This document shows, in pieces, positions 63,938-64,000 of a stretch of DNA of 64,000 nt; the first letter of the stretch is position 1; every line of letters starts with the position of its first letter. Source of the stretch: Bugula neritina (taxonomy: Eukaryota; Animalia; Bryozoa); contig OZ037765.1 of the NCBI GenBank assembly GCA_964035545.1, positions 21,018,995-21,082,994 on the forward strand. The letters are read 5' to 3'. The translations under genes were made by a program, and so were the position numbers. Under the pieces are notes generated by a model. The model was not told the origin of the DNA. It made no database searches and worked only from the letters and a program-made list of their open reading frames with translations.

Positions 63938-64000
63938 GTTAGTTTAGTAATGTAGCGCTTCTTTCAAATACATTTTTTATTTTGAAAGAAAAATCTAGAA

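Overview
AT-rich, intron-rich eukaryotic genomic DNA from an invertebrate animal (taxon not determinable from sequence alone). I reconstructed eight protein-coding loci by hand from splice sites and reading phase. In order: (1) the 3' part of an unrecognised type I membrane protein (+); (2) a complete 15-exon mitochondrial medium-chain acyl-CoA synthetase, ACSM-like (-); (3) a complete Pumilio gene (+), divergent from ACSM, with eight canonical PUF repeats; (4) MICOS subunit MIC26/27 (APOO/APOOL family, +); (5) immediately downstream, a highly diverged gene that appears to be a tandem MIC26/27 paralogue (+); (6) a 346-aa orphan type I membrane protein (+); (7) ANKRD66 (-), head-to-head with (8) the 5' part of CFAP43 (+) across an RFX X-box-like site. 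ACSM introns carry three Gypsy-type LTR retrotransposon relics, one a 1.6-kb doubly deleted element with both LTRs, a PBS and an in-frame gag-RNaseH fusion. Several MITEs, SINE-like relics and minisatellites are present. The most unusual observations are the cryptic MIC26/27 paralogue, 3/6-bp-periodic tracts in the promoter-proximal introns of five genes, a GC-AG intron with competing splice sites at the Pumilio R7-R8 loop, and a cluster of Pumilio-response-element cores in pumilio's own 3' UTR. All exon models are manual predictions without transcript support.
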